Shown here piece by piece: positions 31,964-50,390 of a DNA stretch of 64,000 nucleotides. The notes below the pieces were generated by a model. It searched no databases. It was given only the letters and a program-made list of their open reading frames with translations, and was not told where the DNA came from. Within the stretch, counting starts at the first letter, position 1, and each line of letters opens with the position of its first letter. A program made the translations under genes and the position numbers. The DNA is from the human T2T-CHM13v2.0 reference genome, Homo sapiens. The stretch is from NCBI RefSeq assembly GCF_009914755.1, contig NC_060933.1; one strand, written 5' to 3'.

Positions 31964-32541
31964 TGAATGCTGTTGAACATGTGTCTTATGAACGTAGGTA
32001 ATGTTGGGTAAATACTGTTGGGTAATACCTAGGTGTGGAATCACAGGGTCATAAGGTATGCATATGTTCAGCTTTGGTAAATAGGGCCAGACATTTCTTT
32101 TTCTTTTTTTTTTTTTTTTGCAGACAGGATCTCCCTCTGTAGCCCAGGCCGGAGTGCAGGCCAAACATGGCTCACTGCAGCATCCACCTCCTGGACTCAG
32201 GCAATCCTCCTGCCTCAGCCTCCCAAGTAGCGGGAACCACAGACATGTGTCACCACGCCCCGCTAATTTTATTTTTGTTTTTATTTTTTAGTATAGACAT
32301 GGTCTCACTATGTTGCCCAGGCTGGAGCTAGACATTTTGTTTTCTTTCTTTCTTTCTTTTTTTTTTTGTTCTTGTGGAGCCAGGCATTTTGAAAGGGTGT
32401 ACCAGTCATATCTGAGAGTTCCAGTTGTTCTGCATTCTCAACACTTGACATTGTCCCATTGTCCTTTTAGTATTAGGCATTTTCTTTTTCGAGTCTCCCT
32501 CTGTTGCCCAGGCTGGAACGCAGTGGCACGATCTCAGCTAA

Positions 32542-32652
<111 letters not shown>

Positions 32653-34331
32653 TAGTAGAGACGGGGTTTCACCATGTTGGCCAGGCTGGTCTCAAACTCC
32701 TGACCTCGTGATCCGCCCACCTCGGCCTCCCAACGTGCTGGGATTACAGGCATGAGCCACCGCACCCAGCCAGTATTAGGCATTTTTGTGGATGTATTGT
32801 GGTATCTCATTGCGGTTTTAACTTGAATTTTCTCCACTAATGAAGATAACACCTTTTCATATATGTATTGGTTAAGTTTTCATTTTTTATTTACATAGCC
32901 ACACATGAATATATCCTTGTTACATATAATACATGAATAGAAATAATACATATAAAGCTAAAGTCCCTCTAAAACGAATCCCTTCACTAGTTTTATTTTT
33001 AATTGAAAAACATTTTTTTTGTAGCAATGGGGTCGTGCTTTGTTGCCCAGGCTGGTCTTGAACTCCTGGTTTCAAGCAATCCTGCCACCTCGGCCTCCTA
33101 AAGTGCTGGGATTACAGGTGTGAGCCACCATGCCCAGCCCCTTCCCGAGTTTTGAGCACTGGGCTTGGAGTTAAGAGACCTGAATTCCAGCCTTGGTCTG
33201 CCACTGACTAGATTGCTGTCTAATTTTGGACAGGTCACCTCTCTGGGTCTGTCTCCCCATCTATAAAATCAGAGTGTTTAACTAGATAGTCTCTAAGGAT
33301 CTTTTTTCTTTAATATTCTGACCACTGTTTCTGTGATCCCAAGAACCTCCATTAGGTAAAAATGGCCATTTGCCTTACTATCCATTCTCTCCATCTTCCT
33401 TAGTAACTGAACTCCCGAGTTTTAGTTGAGCATATGGCTGGCCCACTAGACTATTTCCAGCCTCCCTTACAACTGGGCATGACCATGTGACTAATTTGAG
33501 ACAAGGGTGTGTAGACAGAAATGATGTGTGCAACTTTTGGGTCATGACTTTATAAAGAAGGGTCATGCCCTCCATTTGCTCTTCTCTTCCTGCTGGCTGG
33601 AAAGAGGACCTGATGATGGGAACTGGCCCAGCCATTTTTTTGTTTTGTTTTGGTTTTGAGATAGGGTCTCACGCTGTTTCCCATGCTAGAGTGCAGGGGC
33701 GCAATCACCACTCACTGCATCCTTGACCTCCTGGGCTCGCTCCTGCCTCAGCCTCCTGAGTAACTGGGACTACAGGCATGCACGACCACACCCAGATAAT
33801 TCTGTATTTTTTGTACAGACGTGGTTTCCTCATGTTGCCTAAGCTAGTCTCAAACTCCTGGACTTGAGTGATCCACCCATCTCAGCCTCCCAAAGTGTTG
33901 GGATTACAGGTGTGAGCCACTGTGCCCAGCACCAGCCATCTTTGTTCATGAGATGGAGGCCAAGATGTGTTGATGATGACAGAACAAGGCAAGAGCTGAG
34001 ACCCCTCACAACATATTGCTGACATATCAGCCCTGGATTGCTTAGAAGTAAATTTTCATCTCAAGCTATCATTATTTTGGCTTTTGTTATATCCACTGAA
34101 CCTGAATCCTGATTAATACAGAGTGACTGGAGAATGACTTTTTTTTTTTTTTTTTTTTTGAGACAGAGTCTGACTCTCTGTTGCCCAGGATGGGGTGCAG
34201 TGGCATGATCTCGGCTCACTGCAACCTCTGCGTCCTGTGTTCTAGTGATTCCTCTGCCTCAGCCTCCCAAGCAGGTGGGACTACAGGCGCCTGCCACCAT
34301 GCCCGGCTAATTTTTTGTAGTTTTAGTCTAG

Positions 34332-34451
<120 letters not shown>

Positions 34452-35048
34452 TGACTTTAGATTGGGTGTTGGGTCAGGTTTCTCAGAGGAAGGGATGCTT
34501 TGAGCTGAGATCTTAACAAGAGAGACAGCCATATAGATTTAGGGGAAAAGCATTCCAAGCCAAGGAGGCCACTGGTGCAAAAGCTCAGTCCAAGACAGCG
34601 TTCTGTGTAATGAGGCCTACCTGGTCAATTGTGGCGCCATCTCCCATCCCATTGTTTACAGTGACTGAGCCAAGAGTGGACCATGTGGCCTGAACAGGCC
34701 CAATCAGAGACCTCCAGAGATTTGCTATGTGAGTGATGGGACAGGAAGGCTCTTTCTCTGGGATTACAAATCTTAACGACTATTTAAGCCTAGAATTATT
34801 GAGGATCATGTTGCTGGCAAGTGGCAAAAACCCACCTGAGTATAAAGCTGGGGCAAACACAGACGAGAGTTAGAAAGGGACAGAGACCTCCATGGGGTTT
34901 GACCCTGGGCCCAACCACACCTGTCCTTATCTCAATCCAGTTATGAAAACCAATCATGTCCTTCTTTGCTATTGAACTGGATTTCCATCACTTGCAACCA
35001 AGTAGGTGCCTGGTCTCCTTGGTCTCCCCGTATAACTGGGGCTAATTG

Positions 35049-35395
35049 CAGATGGTCCCCGAACTGTGATCATTCAATTCACAATTTTTGACTTTACAAC
35101 AGTATGAAACAAGACATTCAGTAGAAACTGTACTTCAAATATTGAATTTTTATTCAAAATTCTTTACAACTTTATTACAATATAGATTTTGTGTTGGATA
35201 GTTTTGCCCACTGTAGGCTAATGTAAGTGTTCTGAGCATGTTTAAGGCAGGCTAGGCTAAGCTATGATGTTTGGTAGGTTAGGTATATTAAATACATTTT
35301 TGACTTATGATCATATTTTCAACTTATGATCATATTTTCAACTTATGATGGGTTTATCAGGATGCAAACCCATCACATAAATGGAGGGGTGTCTA
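35049..35395. mobile_element. Tigger-family MITE (MER47-like) carrying minus-strand AATAAA at 35149-35154 and 35171-35176
   Basis: CAGATGGTCCCC start, degenerate inverted end followed by TA; GGCTAGGCTAAGCTATGATG core. Confidence 0.7.
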
Positions 35396-37040
35396 TAAAA
35401 CATTGTTAGACCTATAATTTTGCTGTTGATTATTGGGAGGTGGTATGGCACAGTGGTTAGGGGCAGAGGCCTTGGAGTTGGACTACATGGGTTCAAATCC
35501 CAGCTTGGCTGTTTTCTGTGCAGTTCTAATCCAGTTCTGCCACAAACTTGTTGAGTGGCCTTAGGTGAGTCACATAAGCACTCTAGATATAGCTTCCTTA
35601 TTGCAAAATGTCTCAAGCTAAGTTTAGTATTCTCCCTCCACCCCGACCCTGCTTCTGTTCCTCTTCCAGGCTGCCCCATCTCAGTAAATGGCCCATCAGC
35701 CACCCAGAAGGTCAAGCCAGATTCATCCTTCACATCGAATCTACCTTCTAAACACATCCACAATCCATTCCCCTTTCTCCATCCCCACTGTCCCCGCTCC
35801 AGTCCATGCCATCAAGACTTTTCATTTGCACTTTGCCGCAGAGCTGTTAAAATACTTTTACAAACTACAAATTTGATTGAGTCACTCTGAAAAGGTGAAT
35901 GTGGCCCTTGACCTCTGCATGGTTTGGTCCTGGTCTGTCTCTCTCCACTCAGTTCAGGCCATCCTCTCAGTGCTCCAGACAAGCTAGCCTTGCATTCCTC
36001 CAGCTAGAAGGAGCCCCAGGGCCTTTGCACAACTCCTCCCTCTCCCTGGAATGCTCTTCCCCAATTGTCTTAGCTTGATGGCTCACCCTTCAGGTCTAGG
36101 CTCAAATGTCAGTCCTTCAGGGAAGTATTTTCTGATCCTTCAAAGAGGTCAGGTCCTGGTGACCTCCTTCAGAGCACCTGTCACCACATCACTGGTGCAT
36201 GTCTGCCTCCTTCCCAACTACTGTTTCAAGAGAGGCCCCTTCCCTGTTGTTGTCTCAGACCCCTTCTTTCCTTCAAAGCACTTATCACAATTTGTAACTG
36301 CTTTATTTCTTTGTTTTCTTCTTAGCTGTCTCCCCAATTCTCTTTGTATAATTTCTATGAAGAGATAAGCTGAGGTCTGTCCTGCTGTATTCCCAGGACC
36401 CAGCACTGAACCTAGGAACAGAGCAGAGATTCTCAAAAAGTATCTCCTGAATAAAAAGTGTTTGTGGTGGTGGCACCTCTAGCAGTCAGGAACTCCCTCT
36501 TTGCCTCTGAGTTTTGATCCTCAGGCAGTATTTATGCTGGTTAATGAGTAATTCTTCTCTGGGTTTATGGTTCAGAGTAGAATAGGAGACCTCAGGCAGC
36601 CTGGCAACCTCTGGCCTCGTGGGAAATGCCTTCCAGTGGAATTGCGGCAAATTTCAACTCTAACCCAGGGATATCGATCTAGGCCTCATTCCCACACCCA
36701 GCTCTGCTGCCAGAAGCGTTCCAAGGCTTCTCAGGCCCCAAGATCCCACTGCTCTCTTCTTCCCCTAATGCTCCAAGACCCTCTCCCAGCCAGGCCCCAA
36801 AGGCTGTGCCCCCGACTCCAGGTTGCTTTCAAGCTGAAGCCACACCAGAGGAAAGAGCTGAGGGTGGCAAAGGTGGGCCTCACGGCTGACCCAGGGGAGG
36901 GGCGGGGAAGCTTGGGAGAGCTCATAGGATGCAGCTGCGAGTTACAAGAGTTAGCATGCTGGCAAAACCACCCAGGGCTGCTGGGCCCCGCTAGCATGTG
37001 AGCAGGAAGAGGGCATGAGGGCACAGTTCTAAAAGCAGCA

Positions 37041-37046
37041 TTTACT
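37041..37046 (-). terminator. ALAD: Candidate proximal ALAD poly(A) signal AGTAAA
   Basis: Variant hexamer ~70 nt after the stop, followed by a GT/T-rich tract. Confidence 0.55.
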
Positions 37047-37116
37047 TTGGTTTTCACTTGTCTGAGGCCCCGGGAACGTTTTAAAGTTCTAGTTCTTGGG
37101 CCTGGCACTGTCTCCA

Positions 37117-37374
<258 letters not shown>

Positions 37375-37793
37375 TTACCAAAGAATAAAATGCACAGTGA
37401 AGGAAATAGGTAAGAGGCAAGTTCCTTCCCATGCTGGTGTGCAATTCTAACAAAATGAGTCCCCTTTATGGAGTGATATTACTTCATTTAATCCTCAGGA
37501 CAACCACGCACCAGGTATCTTATCCCCAGTTATCCAGTTATGGGTGAGGACACTGAGGTTCAGAGAAGTGGCTTGCCCACGTTCTCACAACCAAAAATGA
37601 AGGGCTCTGCTTGCTTCACCGGGCCGTGTTCTATGCTGCAGTTCCATATCTCTTCCTCAGTGTGTGTCTGTTTAGATCACTAGTAATTCCCGGAATAAGA
37701 TCCCAAGCTCTCAGGACGTCGTTCCCCGATCTAGGCAGAGTGCTTATCAGTCCCTGTGGCGCAGGTCAAAACACCCCACCCTTGCCTGCCTAC

Positions 37794-38341
<548 letters not shown>

Positions 38342-38406
38342 CTAAGGGATGAGGGTATAATGTGGGTGGTGCCTAGGAGGGGGCTGAGGGTGGGGCTCAA
38401 GTCCTA

Positions 38407-38823
<417 letters not shown>

Positions 38824-38851
38824 TCATCCAGCACTGTCTTCAGTTCTGTGA

Positions 38852-39058
<207 letters not shown>

Positions 39059-39114
39059 TGAACCCCTGACCTCAAGTGATCTACCTGCCTCAGCCTCCCA
39101 AAGTGCTGGGACTA

Positions 39115-39351
<237 letters not shown>

Positions 39352-39410
39352 CTAGCCACTCTGCCACCTCCTGACCCAGAGGTGCCCATCCCTGCTGGTG
39401 GTTCACTCAC

Positions 39411-39494
39411 CTGCCTTGGCATACGCCAGTGCCACCTCAGCCAGCCGCTGGCGGCTCTCCTCAGCCCGGAATGCTCCATTTTCACTCAGGAGCC
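39411..39494 (-). CDS. ALAD: ALAD exon (84 nt; [27 protein letters not shown])
   Basis: tgaag|GG and CAG|gtgagt. Confidence 0.96.
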
Positions 39495-39499
39495 CTTCA

Positions 39500-39751
<252 letters not shown>

Positions 39752-40344
39752 CTAGGGGCAGGGGAGGGACAAAGCAGTGTGTCTATTACATGTAGCTTTG
39801 GAAGGCAGGATGACAGCCATCACAGAGCATAGCCCTGGCCTTCTCCTTCCTTCATCATCACAGCCCCTGGATAAGGAAGCACAGAGGACTGACCCTACAT
39901 GGGTGCTGACTTAAGGGCAAAGACCATGTCCATTCACCTGTGGCCCCAGGGCCAGCACAATGTGGGAGTGAGGGTGCAGTCAGTGTGGACCCTCAGTCCA
40001 CCTTTGCCCAACCTCCCTTCCTTTTTCTGTTTGTATTGGAGACAGGGTCTTGCTCTGTCACCCAGGCTAGAGTGCACTGGCGCGATTTTGGCTCACTGCA
40101 GCCTCGACTTTCTGGGCTCAAGCAATCCTCCCACCTCTCCACCTCCCGAGTAGCTGGGACTACAGGCACATACCCCCACACCCAGCTAACTTTTGTATTT
40201 TTTGTAGAGATGGGTTTTGCCATGTTGTCCAGGCTGGTCTCAAAATCCTGGGCTCAAGTGATCCACCCACTTTGGCCTCCCAAAGTGCTGGGATTACGGG
40301 CGTGAGCGCAACCTCCCTTCTTAGCCCTTCCTTTGATTCTTCAC

Positions 40345-40441
40345 CTTGGGAACTCTGCTGGGGACGCCAAAGATCAAGACACAGCGTAGGCCCTCTTCCA
40401 CCAAGGGCCTCAGCATCTCTTCCAGCCGCTTCACACCGTAC
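40345..40441 (-). CDS. ALAD: ALAD exon (97 nt; [10 protein letters not shown]...VPK)
   Basis: cacag|G and AAG|gtgaag. Confidence 0.97.
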
Positions 40442-40936
40442 CTGTGTGGGTGTGGGTAGAGGGGTTGAAGGAAGGCAGGTCCCAGGCAACGGTCCTCCGG
40501 ACCCCACCACACTGTGTGCCTCTGTTAGAAACCAAGCTGCATATGGCACCAGGAGGGCTCAAGCCCCCAGGACAGAAGGGGCAGGGATGCATCCACTAAA
40601 TAGGAGGGAAGACTGAGGCCCTGAGTAGCAGAGCTCCGGAATTCGGCTGTGGAAGGCTCCTTCGAGGCCCTCTTTTTGAACTCCCATCTGCAGTTCAGCT
40701 CCCTTCTGCAACAGCCTCTGCCACGACGTCTCGGGTGATGGGTAGCTCTTTACTTTATGGGGCTGCCCCTTCCACTGTGGAACAGCTCTGGCCCCGGGGA
40801 AACCCTTTCCTCTACTGAGCTAATGTCTGTCTGTCCGCATCTTCTACTTCCTAGGTCTGCTTCTGCCTCCCAGCACTTCCACCTGTGGAATCTCTCCCTC
40901 CACCACCCGCTGGCCCCCCAACTCCACGTCTCCTAC

Positions 40937-40987
40937 CTGGCCACTCCTGGGAGGCTGGTGATAGGCTGTATGTCATCAGGAACATCC
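40937..40987 (-). CDS. ALAD: ALAD exon (51 nt; DVPDDIQPITSLPGVA)
   Basis: tgcag|G and CAG|gtagga. Confidence 0.97.
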
Positions 40988-41567
40988 CTGCAAGAGCGGG
41001 GGTGGGATATGGATTGGTAGCTGTGGGAAGGGCCAGTGGTGCGGGGGCGACTGAGAGGGATGGTTGGGAAGCAGGAAAGAAATATGGAAGTGGAGATGGT
41101 GGGAGGAGGATGGGATCCAGTGTCTGGCTTCCCTGCCTGGCCAAGCCCAGGGCCTGAAATAATAATAGGAACAACAAGAATAACAGTGACAACACTAGCA
41201 ACTGTACTAAAAGAACGGTAATTACAGGAAGGAATTAAGTGGTTAAGAACTTGGACTCTGAATTTGGCAGGTCCTTGCTTTCTATCCCAGCCACTTACTG
41301 CCTGGGTGACCGTGGCCAAGTTCTATCATCTCTTTGAGCCTTAGGCCTTCATCTATATCATGCGTGGTTAATTCATTCATTCAACAAATATTTATTGAGT
41401 ACTTATTATGTGCCAAGTACTGTTCTAGGCCCTGATGATACAACAGTGAACAAAATAGACAAACATCCCTGCCCTCATGGAGCTGATGTTCTAGAGGATA
41501 GCTACTCCTTCTTCATACAAATGCTCTCAGAATTGAATGAGATAATGTGTGTAGGTGCTTAGCATAG

Positions 41568-41873
<306 letters not shown>

Positions 41874-42264
41874 TGATCCGCCTGCCTCAGCCTCCCAAAG
41901 TGCTGGGATTACAGGCGTGAGCCACCGTGCCCAGCCTCAATGACTGCCATCTCTTACAGGTACATAGCACTTTACAATGTACAGAGCACCTTCTCAGCTT
42001 CTGTCTTACTGCAAGAGCTCAGGATGGCAGGCAAGGGTTATTCTTCTAATTTTCCAAATGGGATGAATGAGTTCTTTCAAAGTTTGTTTTGTTCCTAAGA
42101 TTCCTGTCCTTAATCCAAGTAGCCTGCTTCCAGTGCCTTGAATTTCAAGCTGACAGCTCACTTTGCCACCCCCAGCCATACTGATGCCCGCTCCAGTCAA
42201 CACTCCCTCCCCAACCCCAACCCCAACCAGCAGAGCAGAGGCCTGGCCCATTCTTGGAGACTCA

Positions 42265-42507
<243 letters not shown>

Positions 42508-42752
42508 TCACATCTGGAAAACAGCTCTTCTAGATTCCTGCCTCCCCTCTCTCTAGCCCAATGCTACTCACAGCATGGTTCACCAATCCCTGCTGGTCAA
42601 CAAGGTAAGTTGAGAAATGAAAGTAAGTCTTTAGAAACTTTCATGACAATCAGAATCTAATGATATAAAATTTGGGCTTGTATTTTATGTGACTGCTTCT
42701 TGTTCATTATTATCTTTTAAAGTAAACATCTGAGCAAGCAATGACTGTTTAA

Positions 42753-43073
<321 letters not shown>

Positions 43074-43694
43074 TAGCTGGGCATGGTGGCTCACGCCTGT
43101 AATCCCGGCACTTTGGGAGGCTGAGGTGGCAGGATGGCTTGAGCCCAAGAGTTCGAGACCAGCCTGGGCAACATGGCGAGACCCTGTATCTACAAAAAGT
43201 TTAAAAATCAGCCAGGTGTGGTGGTCCACACCTGTAGTCCCAGCTACTCAGGAGGCTAAAGCAAGAGGATCGCTTGAGCCCAGGAGTTCAAGGTTGCAGT
43301 AAGCTATGATTGCACCACTGCACTCCAGCCTGGGCGAGAGAGGGAGACGTCTCTAAAAAAAAATAATAATTTTATTGCATTGCATTTTATCAAAGAATCA
43401 ATAAATTGGAAATAGACAAAAAAAGAACTAATCCTTCCTTATGCATAAAGAAGCACTGATCTAGCCAACATTTAAACTTTGTTTATTCCACAAAAAATGC
43501 CCGTGTTCATGGCAGAACTTTTAGAAAAGTGCAGATAAGCAAAAAGAGAAAAATCCCCTGCAATTCTACCTCTAGAGAAAAGTACTGTTGGCCGGGCATG
43601 GCGGCTCACACCTATAATCTCAGCACTTTGGGAGGCTGAGATGGGCAGATCACTTGAGGTCAGGAGTTCGAGACCAGCCTGGCCAACACGGTTA

Positions 43695-43928
<234 letters not shown>

Positions 43929-44595
43929 TTAGGTACAATGCACACCAATAGGAGAAAATAGTACCATTCATGTTAGATAGACAGACAGACACATACACTG
44001 TATAGAGTGCCACCAAATCTTTTCTAGCCCAAGGAGTTTCCTGGGCTCCACGAGCACAAGCTACACCTTCTTGCTTTCCTAACCTTGTCCCTTTACCTGA
44101 AAGGCTGTGCTCTCCCCACAGCCTCCCCGCACCCAAATCTACAGGGTTCTCCTTCCCTCTCCCACTGAGGCTGTCTTGTCCAGATTGCAGTCTCTCTTAT
44201 GTAAGTTATCTGTGGACCTGTCTTACCTCATGCCAGTAGACAGAGCTTCTGCAGGGCAAGGTCCAGAGTTGGTTCATTTTTGCCTCCCCTACAGTGCTCT
44301 GTCACACACTGACCTTGGCACACAGTAAATATTTAATTACGTGAAGTACAAAAATATGCTCCAAATGCCAAATTAGTGGACACAAGACAGAAGGAAGCTG
44401 GGGCATTAACATTTGTTTCTTGAGCACCTACTGTGTGCCAGACCATGCCTGGCATTTTCACAGGTGATTTCTCATCAAGTGGGCACTACAGTCCTGGCAG
44501 GCAGGGCTGATTGAGTGCATGGAGCCTGACCAGAAGTGAGCCATGGCTCCAATGGGAGTGAGGAGGTCAGAAGAGGCATATTAGAAGAAGACAGG

Positions 44596-45228
<633 letters not shown>

Positions 45229-46079
45229 AATGACAGGGCGTTGAACTTGGTTTTGCAGGATGAGTGGGTTCAGCCTGGTGGAGAGAAGGGGGCCAATATT
45301 TCCTTAGGAAGGGAAGAAAGGGGCAAAGGTGGGGAAGGAGGATGGCTGTGGACTGTTTTGAGGAGCTGAGGCAAGTGTGTATGGAGGGGATGGATAAGAG
45401 GGGGCCAGGCTGAGGCTGTGGGAAGATTTCTGAGCAGTGGGTAGGGTTAGTGGCCTGGTTGACACCTGGCTTTGGGAAGATCAATCCTGCAGGCTGAGCA
45501 GAGCAGACAGGAAGCAGAGGAATGCAGAGGCTGGGGAGGCTGCGGGCAGAGAAGGAAGGGGCGTCTTAAGGCAGCCAACAGGCAGTGTCTCAGGGCGGAT
45601 GCTCTAGGCCTGCCTGCCTGCCTGATCTAAAGGGCAGCGGAGACAGGGACAGGGCAGGAAGAGGGCAGTGGGGAGCTGGGCTTGGAGAGGAGGTGGAGAG
45701 CTCTGTTTTAGACACTTCCTTTTGGAGGTGCCTGGGAGACTATCCCATAGCCAAAGGATGGGGAGGGGCGGGGAAGAGCCACAAAAATGGGGGCTGGCAG
45801 GCCTGAGTCCAACTGCTTTTTGTATGAATGGGACCTCAAGGTCCAGAGAGGGGCAAGGACTTACCCAAAGCCACACAGCGAGCAAAAGGACTAGAACCCT
45901 GGTGTGTTAACTCCCAGGTGAACTGGGAGATCCTTTGGTAGGTTGGAGTCAAGTCAGATGTTGAAGCCAGGTCTAATCCCTCTAATTTGCTTCCCAGAAA
46001 ACCACCTTTGTAACAGGTCCTTGGCTTCTGGAATCCAAAGCTGCATTCCCGTGGCCTCAACTCCTCATTGCTTTCAGGA

Positions 46080-46768
<689 letters not shown>

Positions 46769-47115
46769 TTACCAAAATGTAAGCCAGTTGCCCAAGACCA
46801 CATAGCTACTTAGTGACTGAGCCAGAATTTGAATTTGTTCTGGACTCCAAATGCTGGGTTTTATATACTGTATTTCATAATACTGATAAACACCTGATTC
46901 AGTAGGCGTCTCTCTGCCCATACTGTTTCTGCTTTGGGTGCTGGAGAGACAGAAGAAACAAAAGAAAAACATACTGAGTGTATTCGTTCTGTGCTGGGCA
47001 CAGCACTGAAGTACTTGGTAGTAGTATCTCATTTCATTGCAAGAATTGTCCTAACTTTTAGTGATAAGGAAACAGAGGCTCTGAGCGGTTCAGTGACTTG
47101 CTTAATGCCATTCTA

Positions 47116-47302
47116 GAGTCTAGTCAGATGTTGAAGAGAGGTCTAATCTCTCTGACTCACTTCCCACAAACAATCTCTGTTGTTTTCTGGCTTCTGAATC
47201 CAAAGCTGCATTCCACTGGCCTCAACTCCCCATCGCTTTTAGGAGGCTGAGGGAACAACTGGCTCCTGCTTAGCAGAAACCCTGGGGCAGGACTGCCTAG
47301 GA
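47116..47302 (+). repeat. Copy B of a ~190-bp local direct duplication
   Basis: Shared blocks agtcagatgttgaag, aatccaaagctgcattcc, aggaggctgagggaacaactg, ctgcctagga. Confidence 0.9.
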
Positions 47303-49301
47303 GCCTGAGACCGGGGCAGGGTTAGAGTAAAGGGAACAGTCTCACTACAGCAGTCCACTTTGATCTGTTTTTGAATTTTAAGATTCAGAGACAGATTTGA
47401 TTTGAGAAACGGCTGTCAGTGCTGAAAATATTAAAAGCTTGAAAATTGCCAATCCTGTTTAATCCCTTACACTTTAATGTGGAAAATGGGGTATAAAGAG
47501 GCAACGGGACTTTTGGAGATCACAGTGAGTGACATACAGAGCTATAAACTGACCCTGCAGCTCCTGGCTTCTATTTCAGTGCCCTGATACCTACACCATA
47601 GAGTCATTCCATTGTAAGAGGTACTTAATAAGTGGAGTTTCCCACTCCATTCTGTGAGTGGGAAAACACCCCCTGAATCACATATTGGCAGAGCCAAATG
47701 CAGGGTGGGTTTTGCTTTGCAAAAAGGCCCTTAGAGTTTGGGAGAATTTCACAGACTGGGAGGGCACTTCTCCCAAATCAAGCGAGCTTGCAAACCACAA
47801 TTTAAATGCCTGTGACATTACCACACTGAAGACAGGAGCGAGCCGCCAGGAGGTCCAGCACCTCTGCCCAACCACATCAGACAGGTTAGCTTTGCTGGGA
47901 CGCAGAGTATAGGGCGGTGCAGAAAGATCCATGTTTCAGGGTCAGACAGTCCCAGGTTTGGTCTATGCTCTGCTGTGTAATTTTGGGCAAAGTAATTGAC
48001 CTTTCAGTGTTCATTTCATAATCTACAAAATAGGCATGATATCTCTAACTTGCAAGGCTGTGGAGATTATTGATAGGGATAAGGTAGGTGTCTGGCACCA
48101 AGTAGCTGCACAGTAAACATGTAGCTACTTTTATTACTATTAGGAGTGGGGCTGGGTTGGAACGAGATGTCCTGGCACAGCTCTGTGCCTTCTGCACCTC
48201 ACCAGATGGGAATATGAGCTCAAACCCTTGTGGGCCACAGGGTTTTCCAAGATTTCTGAAGTGGAGTCCCTGCCTTCCAGCAGGTTATGTGGTGGAGGAA
48301 AAACAAAATAATCACCACCGGGCTGCCAGAGTAGAGGGGTGGACCAGGTGCTGTCAGAGGGACTGTGTCTCTGAGTCAAGGGTGGTTTCATGGAAGAGGG
48401 GACAGTGAAGGATAAGAAGTGTTTCAGATTTAATATGAAAGTATCTCCTCCCATGGAAGGCAACATCCCCAAACTGGGAGTAACTGAAGTTGGGCCCTGA
48501 GCACTGCTACCAGGAGGGGCTATGAGCTTCATGTGCCACCCCCCACCCCTGCAAGTTGTACTATGCTGAGGATTCCAGAGGCTGTGGGTCTTCGCACAGA
48601 GGCTTAGGACCTGCTGCCAGCCCTGGCAGGCTCTGCCACTGGCCAGGGAGGAGGCAGTCAGGAGAGCCAGCTAGATAGAAGGTGGCCAGAACTGAGAAAT
48701 CCAAAGCCCCACAAAGGCCCAGGAGAGCAGCTGTCATGCAGTTCTGAAAAGAGATGAAGTGTTTATTCAGCCAACCCACATTTCTTGAATATCTACTATG
48801 GGCCTGCTGAAGTGCTAGACACAGGGATTAAAGAGAAGAATGAGACCCCAGCCTTGCCCTGGGGCTTTGAAGAGCCTGATCGCCTCTGGGGTTAGCCATT
48901 TAGACGTAGGAGAAGCTGCCATTCCCAGAATCCTAGAATATCTTGGCTAAGAGTCTTCTTAAAGTTTGCTGATTGTATCACTGAAACAAGGGTGAAACTG
49001 GGCTCAGAGAGGGGTAGACACAGGCCCAGGATCACGCAGTGGGTCAGCGGCAGATCTGGGGGAAGGTCTCCAGCAGCCCAGTCCTCAGTGCCCACCATGA
49101 CACCTCCATACTTTAAGGATAGATATCAAATCTGTTTCCCAGCAGGTTGGGCTTGTGGAGAGCTTTGGGTGAGCCAGACTCTGGGCCTGGCTGCTGTTGG
49201 TAGCAGGATGGTTAAGTATGTGGGCTCTGGAGTCTGATAGATGTGGGTACAAATCCTAGTTCTGTAGCTTTCTAGTTGTGTGACCTCAGTTTCTTCGTTT
49301 A

Positions 49302-49721
<420 letters not shown>

Positions 49722-49739
49722 CTACCCCCCCACCAACCA

Positions 49740-50390
49740 CCACCCGCACCTCGGGTTCTGCATCGATGGAGTCTGCCCAGGCGGTATCCGAGAGGGTGAA
49801 CCCCAGAGAAGAGGTGCGGAGCCCCGAACCCGGGCCCCCAACCTCGGCTGCAGCGGGATAATCCAGCCCAAACAAACGCTCCACGGGACTCCGTGCACGG
49901 CTGCACCGCCAGGGCTTCAGGCGCACAGCACAATCTGGGGACGCAGGACTCTTGGTGCCACAGTCCCCGCCTCGCCCTGGAGCCGCCCTCCAGGCCCGCT
50001 ATCTCCCCGCATCCAGCCCCCGCTCACCTGCCTCCCTAAGGGCTCCCGGCCGCTGCTCCTGTCACCGCTGTCTCCCGCTCCGGTCTCCCACAGACCGCGT
50101 AAGAGCGGGGGGGGGGCTCACCCGGAAGCAGCTTCCCCACGGTCCGCCCCCTCCACAGTCCAGGCCACGCCCCCTGAAGGCGCTCTTCTGGGGGGCTCCT
50201 CCGCTCCAGCCGCGGCCCCGCCCACACGCAACGAGGCCTGGCCAATTGGGTGTGTCGAGGGCCTGGAGGGCCCGCCCGTCCCCGCTCCGGGCCCTGCGCT
50301 TGTGCAGCGAACTGCAGGAGGGAGGCCACGAGGGGGCGCAGGAACCGCTTGGGAGGGTCCCTGGGTGTGAGCCGGCCTCGGAGGCGGTTA
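49740..50390 (-). promoter_or_regulatory. ALAD: ALAD CpG-island housekeeping promoter
   Basis: GC boxes (~50143, ~50165, ~50216), CCAATTGG at 50242-50249, ETS-like CCGGAAG at 50122; TATA-less. Confidence 0.85.
50028..50100 (-). other. ALAD: ALAD housekeeping non-coding exon 1A (5' end approximate)
   Basis: CAG|gtgagc donor at 50028/50027 inside a CpG island. Confidence 0.8.
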
